Shown here: piece by piece, positions 1 through 9,842 of the stretch
Layout: each line of letters starts with the position of its first letter
How positions within the stretch are numbered: the first letter of the stretch is position 1
Assembly: GCA_946496575.1 (NCBI GenBank)
Contig: CAMMHE010000001.1
Location: forward strand, 42,511-106,510
Source of the DNA: an uncultured Clostridium sp.
Lineage (GTDB): Bacteria; Bacillota; Clostridia; TANB77; CAG-508
Reading direction: 5' to 3'
DNA: 64,000 nt
Notes under the pieces: generated by a model
Seen by the model: the letters and a program-made list of their open reading frames with translations, nothing else
The model's database searches: none
What the model was told of the DNA's origin: nothing
Made by a program: the position numbers and the translations under genes

Positions 1-8
1 TCACAGAC

Positions 9-1253
9 ATGGGAGCAAGAATTCCAAAAGGTGTTTTACTTGTAGGACATCCAGGAACAGGAAAAACATTATTAGCAAAGGCAGTAGCAGGAGAAGCTGG
101 AGTACCATTTTTTATAATAAGTGGATCAGACTTTGTAGAAATGTTTGTTGGTGTTGGAGCATCAAGAGTAAGAGATTTATTTGATCAAGCAAAAAAGAAT
201 GCACCATGTATAGTATTTATAGATGAAATAGATGCAGTAGGTCGCCAAAGAGGAGCAGGTTTAGGAGGAGGACATGATGAAAGAGAGCAAACATTAAACC
301 AATTATTAGTAGAAATGGACGGATTTGCTGAAAATGAAGGTGTAATAGTTTTAGCAGCAACTAACAGACCAGATGTATTAGATAAAGCATTGTTAAGACC
401 AGGAAGATTTGATAGACAGATAGTAGTATCATCACCAGATGTAAAAGCTAGAGAACAAATATTAGAAGTACATTCTAGAAAGAAAAGATTGGCAGATGAT
501 GTAGATTTAAAAATAATAGCAAAAAATACATCAGGATTTTCAGGAGCAGATTTAGAGAATGTATTAAACGAGGCAGCATTATTATCTGCAAGAAGAAACT
601 TAAATGAAATAGGAATGAAAGAAATTGAAGATGCAATGGTTAAAGTAACAATGGGACCAGAAAAAAGAACAAGAGTTAGAAGCGAGAAAGAAAATCGATT
701 AGTCGCTTACCATGAAGCAGGTCACGCAGTAGTAAGTAGATTCCTAGAAACACAAGATCCTGTACATCAAATATCAATTGTACCACGTGGTATGGCAGGA
801 GGATATACGATGTATAGACCTACAGAAGATAAATCATTTATGTCAAAAACAGAGATGGAAGAAACAATTATTTCTTTACTTGGAGGAAGAGTAGCAGAAG
901 CATTAATATTAAATGATATTTCAACAGGGGCAAGTAATGATATAGAGAGAGCATCTAAAATAGCAAGAGATATGGTAACTAAATATGGAATGAGTGATAG
1001 AATAGGCTCAATAATGTTTGGATCAGGTCAAGAAGAAGTGTTTTTAGGAAGAGATTTTGCACAAGCAAAGAATTATTCTGAAGAAACAGCAGGTGTAATT
1101 GACGAAGAAGTTAAAAAAATAATAGATAAAGCATATATGACTGCAAAACAAATACTAACAGCAAATGTTGATAAACTTCATACAGTAGCACAAATACTTC
1201 TTGAAAAAGAAAAAATAGATGGAGAAGAATTTGATAAAATATTTGCAAGTTAA
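9..1253 (+). CDS. ftsH: ATP-dependent zinc metalloprotease FtsH, C-terminal 414 aa (5' end outside window)
   Basis: AAA+ Walker motifs ([16 protein letters not shown]), zinc-binding HEAGHA motif, FtsH-typical C-terminus. Confidence 0.9.
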   Translation: MGARIPKGVLLVGHPGTGKTLLAKAVAGEAGVPFFIISGSDFVEMFVGVGASRVRDLFDQAKKNAPCIVFIDEIDAVGRQRGAGLGGGHDEREQTLNQLLVEMDGFAENEGVIVLAATNRPDVLDKALLRPGRFDRQIVVSSPDVKAREQILEVHSRKKRLADDVDLKIIAKNTSGFSGADLENVLNEAALLSARRNLNEIGMKEIEDAMVKVTMGPEKRTRVRSEKENRLVAYHEAGHAVVSRFLETQDPVHQISIVPRGMAGGYTMYRPTEDKSFMSKTEMEETIISLLGGRVAEALILNDISTGASNDIERASKIARDMVTKYGMSDRIGSIMFGSGQEEVFLGRDFAQAKNYSEETAGVIDEEVKKIIDKAYMTAKQILTANVDKLHTVAQILLEKEKIDGEEFDKIFAS

Positions 1254-1301
1254 TTTGAACAAATAAATGAATACATGTAAAAATTAAATGTCACTTATCT
1301 C

Positions 1302-1330
1302 TTGACAAGAACCAGTAAATTATGTATAAT
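1302..1330 (+). promoter_or_regulatory. sigma-A promoter for rpsU
   Basis: TTGACA(1302-1307) - 17 bp - TGnTATAAT(1325-1330), ~95 bp upstream of the rpsU start. Confidence 0.5.
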
Positions 1331-1425
1331 ATACTTCGTAGTAAGGGTTAAGAGAAGATAAAAAAGTTTATCAGAATGAAAACCCCCACATAAAGTGCTT
1401 AAACGCCGGAAGGAGGGGAATAATA

Positions 1426-1596
1426 ATGTCAGAGATAAAAGTTAATAATGGAAATATAGAAGACGCATTAAAAAGGTTCAAAAGACAATGTGCAAGAAAT
1501 GGGGTACTTCAAGAAGTACGTAAAAGAGAGCATTATGAAAAGCCTAGCGTAAAGAGAAAGAAAAAGTCAGAGGCTGCTAGAAAAAGAAAATTTTAA
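1426..1596 (+). CDS. rpsU: 30S ribosomal protein S21 (56 aa; below the ORF-track cutoff)
   Basis: Translation [56 protein letters not shown] matches the S21 family throughout; RBS AGGAGGGG 8 nt upstream. Confidence 0.85.
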   Translation: MSEIKVNNGNIEDALKRFKRQCARNGVLQEVRKREHYEKPSVKRKKKSEAARKRKF

Positions 1597-1623
1597 TTAA
1601 ATAAAAAGGGTTTCGAATTTAAA

Positions 1624-1676
1624 GTGCACCTCAAATGTTATACAAAAAAGTTTAGCATTTGGAGGTGTATTTTTAG
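1624..1676 (+). terminator. rho-independent terminator after rpsU
   Basis: Hairpin GTGCACCTCAAATG...CATTTGGAGGTG followed by a T-run. Confidence 0.5.
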
Positions 1677-1765
1677 TATATAAATGATTTCATGATATTT
1701 TATTATTTGCAAAAATAATCTTATATGATATACTTATAAAAAATAAATTTAGTGAGGAACAAAAA

Positions 1766-2320
1766 ATGAAAGAAAGATTTTTGGAATTATTAAGATCAGT
1801 AAAAAGAGAAGGAATAGAAGAACTAATAAAATTTTTAGAAGTTTCAGACTTTTTTACAGCTCCTGCAAGCACAAAATTTCATGGAGATTATGAAGGAGGA
1901 TTATTAGAACATAGTTTAAAAGTTTATGAAATATTATGTGATAAAGTAAAACAATCACAAATAGAAATAAAAGTATCAGAAGATACGTTAAAAATAGTTG
2001 CATTATTACATGACATATGCAAAGTAAACTTTTATAAAATAGACTATAGGAATGCAAAAAATGCATTAGGAGTATGGGAAAAAGTACCATATTATACTGT
2101 AGAAGATACAATACCATATGGACATGGTGAAAAATCCGTAATGATGCTAACAGAATACATAAAGTTAACAGGAGAAGAAAAATATGCAATTAGATGGCAT
2201 ATGGGTTTTACAGAACCTAAAGAACTATATAATACATTAGGACAAGCAATGAAAAAATATCCATTAGTATTATTAATGAATGAAGCAGATTTAGAAGCAA
2301 CATATTTTTTTAACATATAG
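1766..2320 (+). CDS. HD-domain phosphohydrolase (YhaM C-terminal-like, COG3481-type)
   Basis: FHGDYEGGLLEHSL ... VALLHDICK metal-binding HD motifs; good RBS AGTGAGGAAC. Confidence 0.6.
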   Translation: MKERFLELLRSVKREGIEELIKFLEVSDFFTAPASTKFHGDYEGGLLEHSLKVYEILCDKVKQSQIEIKVSEDTLKIVALLHDICKVNFYKIDYRNAKNALGVWEKVPYYTVEDTIPYGHGEKSVMMLTEYIKLTGEEKYAIRWHMGFTEPKELYNTLGQAMKKYPLVLLMNEADLEATYFFNI

Positions 2321-2360
2321 GAATTTATAAAATAAGATAAAAAATAAAGGGAAAATTTAA

Positions 2361-4371
2361 ATGAGAAAACTACTAATAACAGAAAAACCATCAGTAGCAA
2401 TGGAATTTGCTAAAGCATTAAAAATAAACGGAATTAGAAAAAACGGATATTTAGAATCTGAAAAATGGATAATAACATGGTGTGTAGGGCATTTAGTAAC
2501 AATGAGTTATCCTGAAAAATATGACGAGAAATTAAAAGTTTGGAGATTAGATACATTACCATTTATTCCAAAAGAGTGGAAATATGAAATAATACCTGAA
2601 GTAAAAAAACAATTTGAGGTTGTAAAAAAATTGTTACAAAGAGAAGACATAGAAGAAATATATAATGCTGGAGACTCTGGAAGAGAAGGGGAATACATTC
2701 AAAGACTAGTTTTTATGATGGCAAAACCAAATCCAAAAGCAAAAATGAAAAGAGTATGGATAGATTCGCAAACAGAAGAAGAAATATTAAGAGGAATAAA
2801 AGAGGCAAAAGATTCATCTGAATATAATAGTTTGTCAGATGCAGCATATTTAAGGGCAAAAGAAGATTATTTAATCCGGAATAAATTTCTCAAGGTTATT
2901 ATCAATAATATATGGAAAAAGATTAGCAAATCAAATAAAAGAAGAAAAAGTTTCAATATCAATAGGAAGAGTTATGACATGTGTTCTTGGAATGATAGTA
3001 TCTAGAGAAAGAGAAATAAGAAATTTTATTAAAACCAAATATTATAGAATACAAGGAATTTTTGGTAATAAAGATAGTAATTTTGTAGCAGAGTGGAAAG
3101 TAAATGAAAAATCGAAAATGTTTGAAAATCCAAAATTGTATAATGAAAGTGGTTTTAAAAGAGAGCAAGATGCGAAAGAATTTATAGAATCACTTCATGG
3201 TAGAGATGCAATAATATCAGAATTAAAAAAAACAAAGCAAAAAGAAAATGCACCTCTTTTATTTAATTTAGCAGAAATACAAAATGAATGCACAAAAAGG
3301 TTTAAAATAAAACCAGATAAAACATTAGAAATAATACAAAATTTATATGAGAAAAAGCTAGTAACATATCCTAGAACAGATGCAAGAGTATTATCAACAA
3401 CAGTAGCAAAAGAAATAAATAAAAACTTAAATGGGATAGCTCAAAAATTTAACGACGAAGAAATACAAATAATTATAAAAAAAATGATTGATGAAAAGTA
3501 CTCCACCAATTTATTAAATACTAAATATGTAAATGATAAAAAAATAACAGATCACTATGCTATTATTCCAACAGGACAAGGATATGAAAATTATGAAAAA
3601 TTAGCTGATTTAGAGAAACAAATTTATAAATTAATAGTAAAAAGATTTCTAGCAATATTTTACCCTGCAGCAGAATTTGAAAAAATTAATGTAACAGTAA
3701 AAATTAAAGAAAATAATGAATCATCAGAAGAAAACTTTATTACTAGTACAAAAATATGCATAAAAAACGGTTTTTTAGACGTATTACGACAAAAACCGAA
3801 CAAACAATCCACAGAAAAAACACAAAATGTGGAAAACACAGTGGATAAAGACGAAAAAAATGTCGAAGAACATGATAATAAACAAGGTGCTGTGGAAAAT
3901 TCAAATTTGGATGTATTAAAAAGTCTAAAAAAAGGAATGGAAATATATATACAAAATTTTGAAATAAAAGAAGCAGAAACAGCACCTCCTACTAGATATA
4001 ATTCTGGTTCAATAATTTTAGCAATGGAAAATGCGGGAAAGCTAATAGAAGATGAAGAATTAAGAGAGCAAATAAAAGGTGCTGGAATAGGGACTAGTGC
4101 TACAAGGTCAGAAATTATAAAAAAGCTAGAAAAAATAAAGTATATAGAAATAAATGGTAAAACACAAATTATAGTTCCGACAGAAAAGGGAGAGGCAATT
4201 TATGATATTGTGAACAATTGTATGCCAGATATATTAAATCCAAAACTCACAGCAAGTTGGGAAAAGGGATTAGATATGGTTTCTAAAAAAGAAATAGAAG
4301 CAAATATATTTATGAACAAATTAGAAAACTATATTAAATCCAAGTTTGATAAATTAGTAGTAAAATGGTAA
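2361..4371 (+). pseudogene. topB: DNA topoisomerase III (TopB), interrupted by one +1 frameshift near 2877 (ORFs 2361..3005 + 2974..4371)
   Basis: Toprim N-terminus (LITEKPSVA...WCVGHL), then DYLI|GINFSRLLS motif read across the frames; one extra C in ATC[C]GGAATAAAT restores ...DYLIGINFSRLL...; catalytic-Tyr region continues in the second ORF. Confidence 0.8.
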
Positions 4372-4440
4372 ATAAATAATATAATTAGTATATCAAAGAA
4401 TTTAAGTTTTAAATCTTCCATTTAACTTAAGTTCTATTGC

Positions 4441-4465
4441 TTGACAATCAAAAACATGTTATAAT
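4441..4465 (+). promoter_or_regulatory. putative promoter for mfd (extended -10)
   Basis: TTGACA(4441) then TGtTATAAT(4457-4465); -35/-10 spacing is short (13 bp), so it relies on the extended -10. Confidence 0.3.
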
Positions 4466-4495
4466 AATTAATATTTTGATAAAAAGAGGAAAGAA

Positions 4496-7400
4496 ATGAA
4501 TACAATAATAGGAGAATTAGGGAAAAGCCCTAAATTCTGTGAATATATAAAAAATGTAGATGAAAAAATAAGCCCTATATCAATATGGGGCTTAAATGAC
4601 GTAGGCGAGGCACAATTTATCAGTGCTACAGCGGAATTTAGTAAAAGACCTATATGCATAGTAACTTATAATGAAATACGAGCAAAACAAATAATTCAAG
4701 ACTTAAAGTATTTTTCAGATAAAGTAGTATTTTTCCCAAAGAAAGAAATTGTAACATATGATTATATAGCAGAAAGTAAAAACTTACCATACGAGAGGAT
4801 AGAAACATTAAATAAAATATATAACAAGAAAAATCTAATTATAGTAACAACTATAGAAGGATTAATGCAAAAGTTACCAATAAAAGAAGTATTATATAAA
4901 AATATACTAAACTTTAAAATAGGAGAAACATATAATATAGAAAATATAAAAGAAAAGTTAATAGAATTAGGATATACAAGATATGATTTAATTGATGGAA
5001 AAGGAGAATTTAGTATAAGAGGTGGAATCATTGATATTTCATTAAGTGATATCCAAGGGGTAAGAATCGAATTCTGGGGAGATGAGATAGACTCAATTAG
5101 ATATTTTAACATAATAAGTCAAAGATCAACTGAAAATATAGATAAAATTAAAATATATCCTGCACATGAATACATTTTAGAAGATGATATAGAAAATATT
5201 TGTGAAAATATAAAAACAAATAAACAAAATGTACAAGAAGATATTGAACAAATTGAAAATGGAAATTATATAAGTAAAATAGACAAATATTTTAATTGTT
5301 TCTATAGTAAACAAACAAATTTATTAGGTTATTTAAATAATGATTATCTTATATGTATCGATGAAATATCAAAAGTAGAACAAAGAGCAATAAATATAAT
5401 AAATGATAATCAAAACATAATAAAACTCTTAATAGAAAAAGAAAAGGCCGTACCAGAAGCATTACAAAACATGTATACCATAAATGAAATCGAAGAACTA
5501 TTAGAAAAAAGACAGCTAGTATATTTAGAAAAACAAGATAAAAGCACAATAAAGCAATCGATACAATATAACTTTGCATATAAAGATAAAACATATTTTA
5601 AAAGTGAAATAGATGTACTATTGGATGATATAAAAAAAGCACAAAATGATAAAAAGAATATATATATTTTAGCTGAAAATAAACAAAAAGCCCAAAAGAT
5701 TTGTTTATTATTAGATCAAAATAAAATAGTAAATAGATTTGAAGAAAAATTGGACAAAAAAATAATTGTAAAAAACAATTCGCAAATAGTAGAAATAACT
5801 TTAGGAAAATTATCGTCCGGATTTGAATGTTTTGATATAAATTTACTTGTAATATCAGCAAACGAAATAATAGAAGGTGAAAAAAGAAAACGTGCATTAA
5901 ATTCAGCATTTAGACAAGGGGAAAAAGTGGTATATGCTGACCTAAAGATAGGAGATTATGTTGTACATACTAATTATGGAATAGGAATATTTGTTGGAGT
6001 AAACACAATAACAGCAGACGGAACTACTAAAGATTATATAAAAATAAAATATCAGGGAGATGATATTCTATATGTTCCAACAAATCAATTAGATAGTGTT
6101 AGAAAATACATAGGAGGAGAAGAGCAAGGGTTAAAAATAAACAAACTTGGAAGTAAAGAATGGGCAAATACAAAATCCAAAGTAAAGAAAAATTTGCAAC
6201 AAGTTGCAAAAGACTTGATAGAATTATATGCTAAAAGACAACATGCTACTGGTTTTGCATATGCAAAAGATACACCATGGCAACATCAATTTGAGTCAAG
6301 CTTTCCATATCAAGAAACAGATGATCAATTAAGATGCATAGAAGAAATAAAAAAGGACATGGAATTGCAAAAACCAATGGATAGACTTTTATGTGGAGAT
6401 GTTGGGTATGGAAAAACAGAAGTTGCAATGCGTGCAGCTTTTAAAGCTGTAATGGGAGGAAAACAAGTTGCATATTTAGTACCAACAACAGTATTGTCAC
6501 AACAACAATATCAAACATTTAAAGAAAGAATGTCTGAATTTCCTATAAAAATAGAAATATTAAATAGATTTAAAAGTACAAAGGAACAAACAGAAATAAT
6601 TAAAAAACTTAAATTAGGAGAAATAGATATAATAATTGGAACACATAGAATGCTTAGCAAAGACATCAATTTTAAGAATCTGGGTTTACTAATTATAGAT
6701 GAGGAACATAGATTTGGAGTAAAAGCAAAAGAAAAAATAAAACAATACAAAACGAATATAGATGTATTAACAATGACAGCAACACCAATACCAAGAACAC
6801 TCCATATGTCAATAGTAGGAGTAAGAGACATGTCTGTTATATATGAACCACCACAAAATAGGAAACCTGTGCAGACATATGTTTTAGAATATGATGAAGA
6901 AGTGATAAAAGAAGCGATAATAAAAGAAATAGAAAGAGAAGGTCAAGTATTTTATATATTTAATAATATTGAAAACATACAAAGAAAGGTAGATAGATTG
7001 CAAGAATTAGTACCAGAAGCAAATGTTGCTTATGCACATGGAAGAATGACAGGAGAAAAAATAGAAGAGATAATGCAAGACTTCGTTGATAAAAAAACAA
7101 ATGTATTGGTATGCACAACAATACTAGAATCAGGCATAGATATACCAAATGCAAATACAATAATAGTTGAAAATGCAGATAGAATGGGATTAGCACAATT
7201 ATATCAAATTAGAGGAAGAGTTGGAAGAAGTGATAAACAAGCATATGCATATATAACATATAAAAGGGATAAACTATTATCAGAAGTAGCCAATAAAAGA
7301 TTAAAAGCAATAAAAGAATTTACAGAATTTGGTTCAGGATTCAAAATAGCAATGAGAGATTTAGAAATACGAGGAGCAGGAAGTTTACTTGGAGAAATAC

Positions 7401-7927
7401 AACATGGTCATATAGAACAAGTAGGATATGATACATATTGCAAATTATTAGATGAGGTAGTAGGAGAAATCCAAGGAAAAGAAGTAAAACAGGAAATTGA
7501 TGTACAAATAGATTTAGACGTAACATGTTATATACCAGAAAGTTATATACCAGATTCTAGTCAAAAAATTGAAATATATCAAGATATTGCATTATGCAGA
7601 ACAGAAGAAGATATACAGAATGTGATTGACGAAATAATTGACAGATTTGGAAATATGCCAAGTGAATTAGAAAACTTGATTGAAATAGCAAGAATAAAGA
7701 GTTTATGTAAAGATAAGTATATATCTAAAGTATCTAGTAAAAGAGGGTTTGCAATATTTACATTTGAAAACGAAAATTTTAATGTAAATGTAAGTGACAT
7801 ATTAAAGCAATATAAAAATAGAATAAGATTTTCACCTGGATTAAAACCAACAATTACACTAGTACTTAAATATAATGAAGATATAAAGATTCTAAAAGAA
7901 ATAAAAGAATTTTTAAAAGATTTGTAA
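4496..7927 (+). CDS. mfd: transcription-repair coupling factor Mfd
   Basis: 1143 aa; UvrB-like N-terminus, RNAP-interacting domain, DEEH superfamily-2 helicase motifs (GDVGYGKTEVA, LIIDEEHRFG), TRCF C-terminal domain. Confidence 0.9.
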   Translation: MNTIIGELGKSPKFCEYIKNVDEKISPISIWGLNDVGEAQFISATAEFSKRPICIVTYNEIRAKQIIQDLKYFSDKVVFFPKKEIVTYDYIAESKNLPYERIETLNKIYNKKNLIIVTTIEGLMQKLPIKEVLYKNILNFKIGETYNIENIKEKLIELGYTRYDLIDGKGEFSIRGGIIDISLSDIQGVRIEFWGDEIDSIRYFNIISQRSTENIDKIKIYPAHEYILEDDIENICENIKTNKQNVQEDIEQIENGNYISKIDKYFNCFYSKQTNLLGYLNNDYLICIDEISKVEQRAINIINDNQNIIKLLIEKEKAVPEALQNMYTINEIEELLEKRQLVYLEKQDKSTIKQSIQYNFAYKDKTYFKSEIDVLLDDIKKAQNDKKNIYILAENKQKAQKICLLLDQNKIVNRFEEKLDKKIIVKNNSQIVEITLGKLSSGFECFDINLLVISANEIIEGEKRKRALNSAFRQGEKVVYADLKIGDYVVHTNYGIGIFVGVNTITADGTTKDYIKIKYQGDDILYVPTNQLDSVRKYIGGEEQGLKINKLGSKEWANTKSKVKKNLQQVAKDLIELYAKRQHATGFAYAKDTPWQHQFESSFPYQETDDQLRCIEEIKKDMELQKPMDRLLCGDVGYGKTEVAMRAAFKAVMGGKQVAYLVPTTVLSQQQYQTFKERMSEFPIKIEILNRFKSTKEQTEIIKKLKLGEIDIIIGTHRMLSKDINFKNLGLLIIDEEHRFGVKAKEKIKQYKTNIDVLTMTATPIPRTLHMSIVGVRDMSVIYEPPQNRKPVQTYVLEYDEEVIKEAIIKEIEREGQVFYIFNNIENIQRKVDRLQELVPEANVAYAHGRMTGEKIEEIMQDFVDKKTNVLVCTTILESGIDIPNANTIIVENADRMGLAQLYQIRGRVGRSDKQAYAYITYKRDKLLSEVANKRLKAIKEFTEFGSGFKIAMRDLEIRGAGSLLGEIQHGHIEQVGYDTYCKLLDEVVGEIQGKEVKQEIDVQIDLDVTCYIPESYIPDSSQKIEIYQDIALCRTEEDIQNVIDEIIDRFGNMPSELENLIEIARIKSLCKDKYISKVSSKRGFAIFTFENENFNVNVSDILKQYKNRIRFSPGLKPTITLVLKYNEDIKILKEIKEFLKDL

Positions 7928-7973
7928 TTTAAGTTAATTAATTGGATAGAATTAAAAAGGAGGCAAAAATATA

Positions 7974-8765
7974 ATGCAGTTAATAACTAGCAAAGATAAT
8001 GAAATAGTGAAGCAAATAAAAAAATTGGGTGAAAAAAAATATAGAGATGAAACAAATAGTTATATAATCGAAGGCCTAAAGCTTGTAGAAGAAGCAATTA
8101 AAGAAGGAGCTCAAATAGAAAAAATTATCATATGTGAAGAATCCACAAGAGCATCTGAAATTTCAAAAAATTTAATGTATGAAATAGCTAAATATGATTG
8201 TGTATATGTCACAGAAAAAATTTTTAAAACACTAACTCAAGTTATGAATCCGCAAGGTATAATGGCAGTAATAAAAAAGAATATAGAAAGACCTCATATA
8301 AAATATGATGAAGACATTATAGTTGCTTTAGATGATATACAAGATCCAGGGAATCTAGGAACGATTTTAAGAACTGTAGATAGTATAGGATTAAAACAAA
8401 TAATCGTATCTAAAGGAACAGCAGACATATATAATCCAAAAGTAGTTCGATCTAGTATGGGAGCTATATTCAGAGTTGAAGTAATTGAAAGTCAAAATTT
8501 ACAAGAAATGCTTGAAACAATTAAGAAAAATGGATATGAGATTTTAGTTACATCACTTGAAGCTAAAAAAAGTATATATGATATAAAATATAATAAAAAT
8601 ATTTTAGTAATTGGAAACGAAGCAAATGGTGTTTCAAAAGAAATACAAGATATAGCAAATAAAAAAATAAAAATTCCTATGTTAGGTAAAACAGAAAGTT
8701 TAAACGCATCAGTTGCAACAGGGATAATACTTTATGAATATGTAAGGCAAAAAATGCAAAAATAA
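7974..8765 (+). CDS. TrmH/SpoU-family RNA 2'-O-methyltransferase (RlmB-like)
   Basis: SPOUT signature: GNLGTILRT, GNEANGVS, ESLNASVATGI. Confidence 0.75.
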   Translation: MQLITSKDNEIVKQIKKLGEKKYRDETNSYIIEGLKLVEEAIKEGAQIEKIIICEESTRASEISKNLMYEIAKYDCVYVTEKIFKTLTQVMNPQGIMAVIKKNIERPHIKYDEDIIVALDDIQDPGNLGTILRTVDSIGLKQIIVSKGTADIYNPKVVRSSMGAIFRVEVIESQNLQEMLETIKKNGYEILVTSLEAKKSIYDIKYNKNILVIGNEANGVSKEIQDIANKKIKIPMLGKTESLNASVATGIILYEYVRQKMQK

Positions 8766-8793
8766 AATGAAATATAATTAAGAAGGGATAAAA

Positions 8794-9300
8794 ATGAAAT
8801 TAAATATAGTATTAGTAGAACCAGAAATACCACAAAATACTGGAAATATAGCAAGAACGTGTGCAGCATTAGGAGCTAAATTACATTTAGTTCATCCACT
8901 TGGTTTTAACATTTCAGATAAACAAGTAAAAAGAGCAGGATTAGATTATTGGGATAAATTAGAAATAGAAGAACATATAACATTAAATAAGTTTTTGGAA
9001 AAATATAAACCAGAAAAAGAAAATATGTTTTTTGTAACAACAAAAGGGAAGAAAGTATACGATGAAGTCAAATATTCTAACTTTAGTGAAGTATTTTTAT
9101 TATTTGGTAAAGAAACAAAGGGATTACCAGAAGATATATTGAAAAGATATATTAGTAAAACAATCCGAATACCAATGAGAGAAGCTATAAGATCATTAAA
9201 CTTATCAAATTCAGTGGCAATAATTGCATATGAAGTTTTTTCACAAAAGAATTTTGAAGGTTTGCAAGAAATAAGTAACTATTTTGCCGAAAATGTTTAA
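8794..9300 (+). CDS. trmL: tRNA (cytidine/uridine-2'-O)-methyltransferase TrmL-like (short SpoU family)
   Basis: 168 aa; VLVEPEIPQNTGNIARTCAALG N-terminus and SLNLSNSVAIIAYE C-terminal SPOUT knot motifs. Confidence 0.7.
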   Translation: MKLNIVLVEPEIPQNTGNIARTCAALGAKLHLVHPLGFNISDKQVKRAGLDYWDKLEIEEHITLNKFLEKYKPEKENMFFVTTKGKKVYDEVKYSNFSEVFLLFGKETKGLPEDILKRYISKTIRIPMREAIRSLNLSNSVAIIAYEVFSQKNFEGLQEISNYFAENV

Positions 9301-9306
9301 ATAACA

Positions 9307-9335
9307 TTGACAGTGGAAAGAATGTATAGTATAAA
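9307..9335 (+). promoter_or_regulatory. putative sigma-A promoter
   Basis: TTGACA(9307)-17-TATAAA(9330), upstream of the small ORF at 9390. Confidence 0.35.
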
Positions 9336-9389
9336 TAATATGTAGTATACGTACAAGTACTATACTAGGATGTGGAAAAGGGGAATATC

Positions 9390-9665
9390 ATGAACAAATC
9401 AGAATTAATACCATTTTTAGAATCAATCAAAGGAAAGAAAATATTAGCTAAAAGTAGCGGATATTTGGCATGCCAAACAACAATAGAAGAATTCGATTTT
9501 TATATCAAGTATAATATACTGATGATGAAAGATAATAAAACAGATAATTATATGGTATTAAATCTAGACACTATAAAACAAATTCAAGAAGACAATGGAA
9601 GGACATTAGTTACAGTTTATGTAAATGACGAAATAGAAACAGAAGTGTCTGTAGAAATAATATAG
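9390..9665 (+). CDS. hypothetical small protein (91 aa); ATG at 9390 preferred over the GTG at 9372
   Basis: RBS GAAAAGGGGAA 7 nt upstream of 9390; no recognisable domain. Confidence 0.4.
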   Translation: MNKSELIPFLESIKGKKILAKSSGYLACQTTIEEFDFYIKYNILMMKDNKTDNYMVLNLDTIKQIQEDNGRTLVTVYVNDEIETEVSVEII

Positions 9666-9700
9666 CAATTAATATTAATTAAAAACTTAATAATAACTAA

Positions 9701-9755
9701 ATTGAACCATAATTATTAGACAGAAAAGTTTAATAATTATGGTTCAATTTTTATT
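9701..9755 (+). terminator. rho-independent terminator (17-bp perfect stem)
   Basis: ATTGAACCATAATTATT ... AATAATTATGGTTCAAT followed by TTTTT. Confidence 0.55.
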
Positions 9756-9842
9756 AGAATATGCACTGTAATGAAAAAACTATTGAAATTTTGAACAAAA
9801 TCATATAGAATAATAAAGAAATAAAAATAAAGGTGATAACAT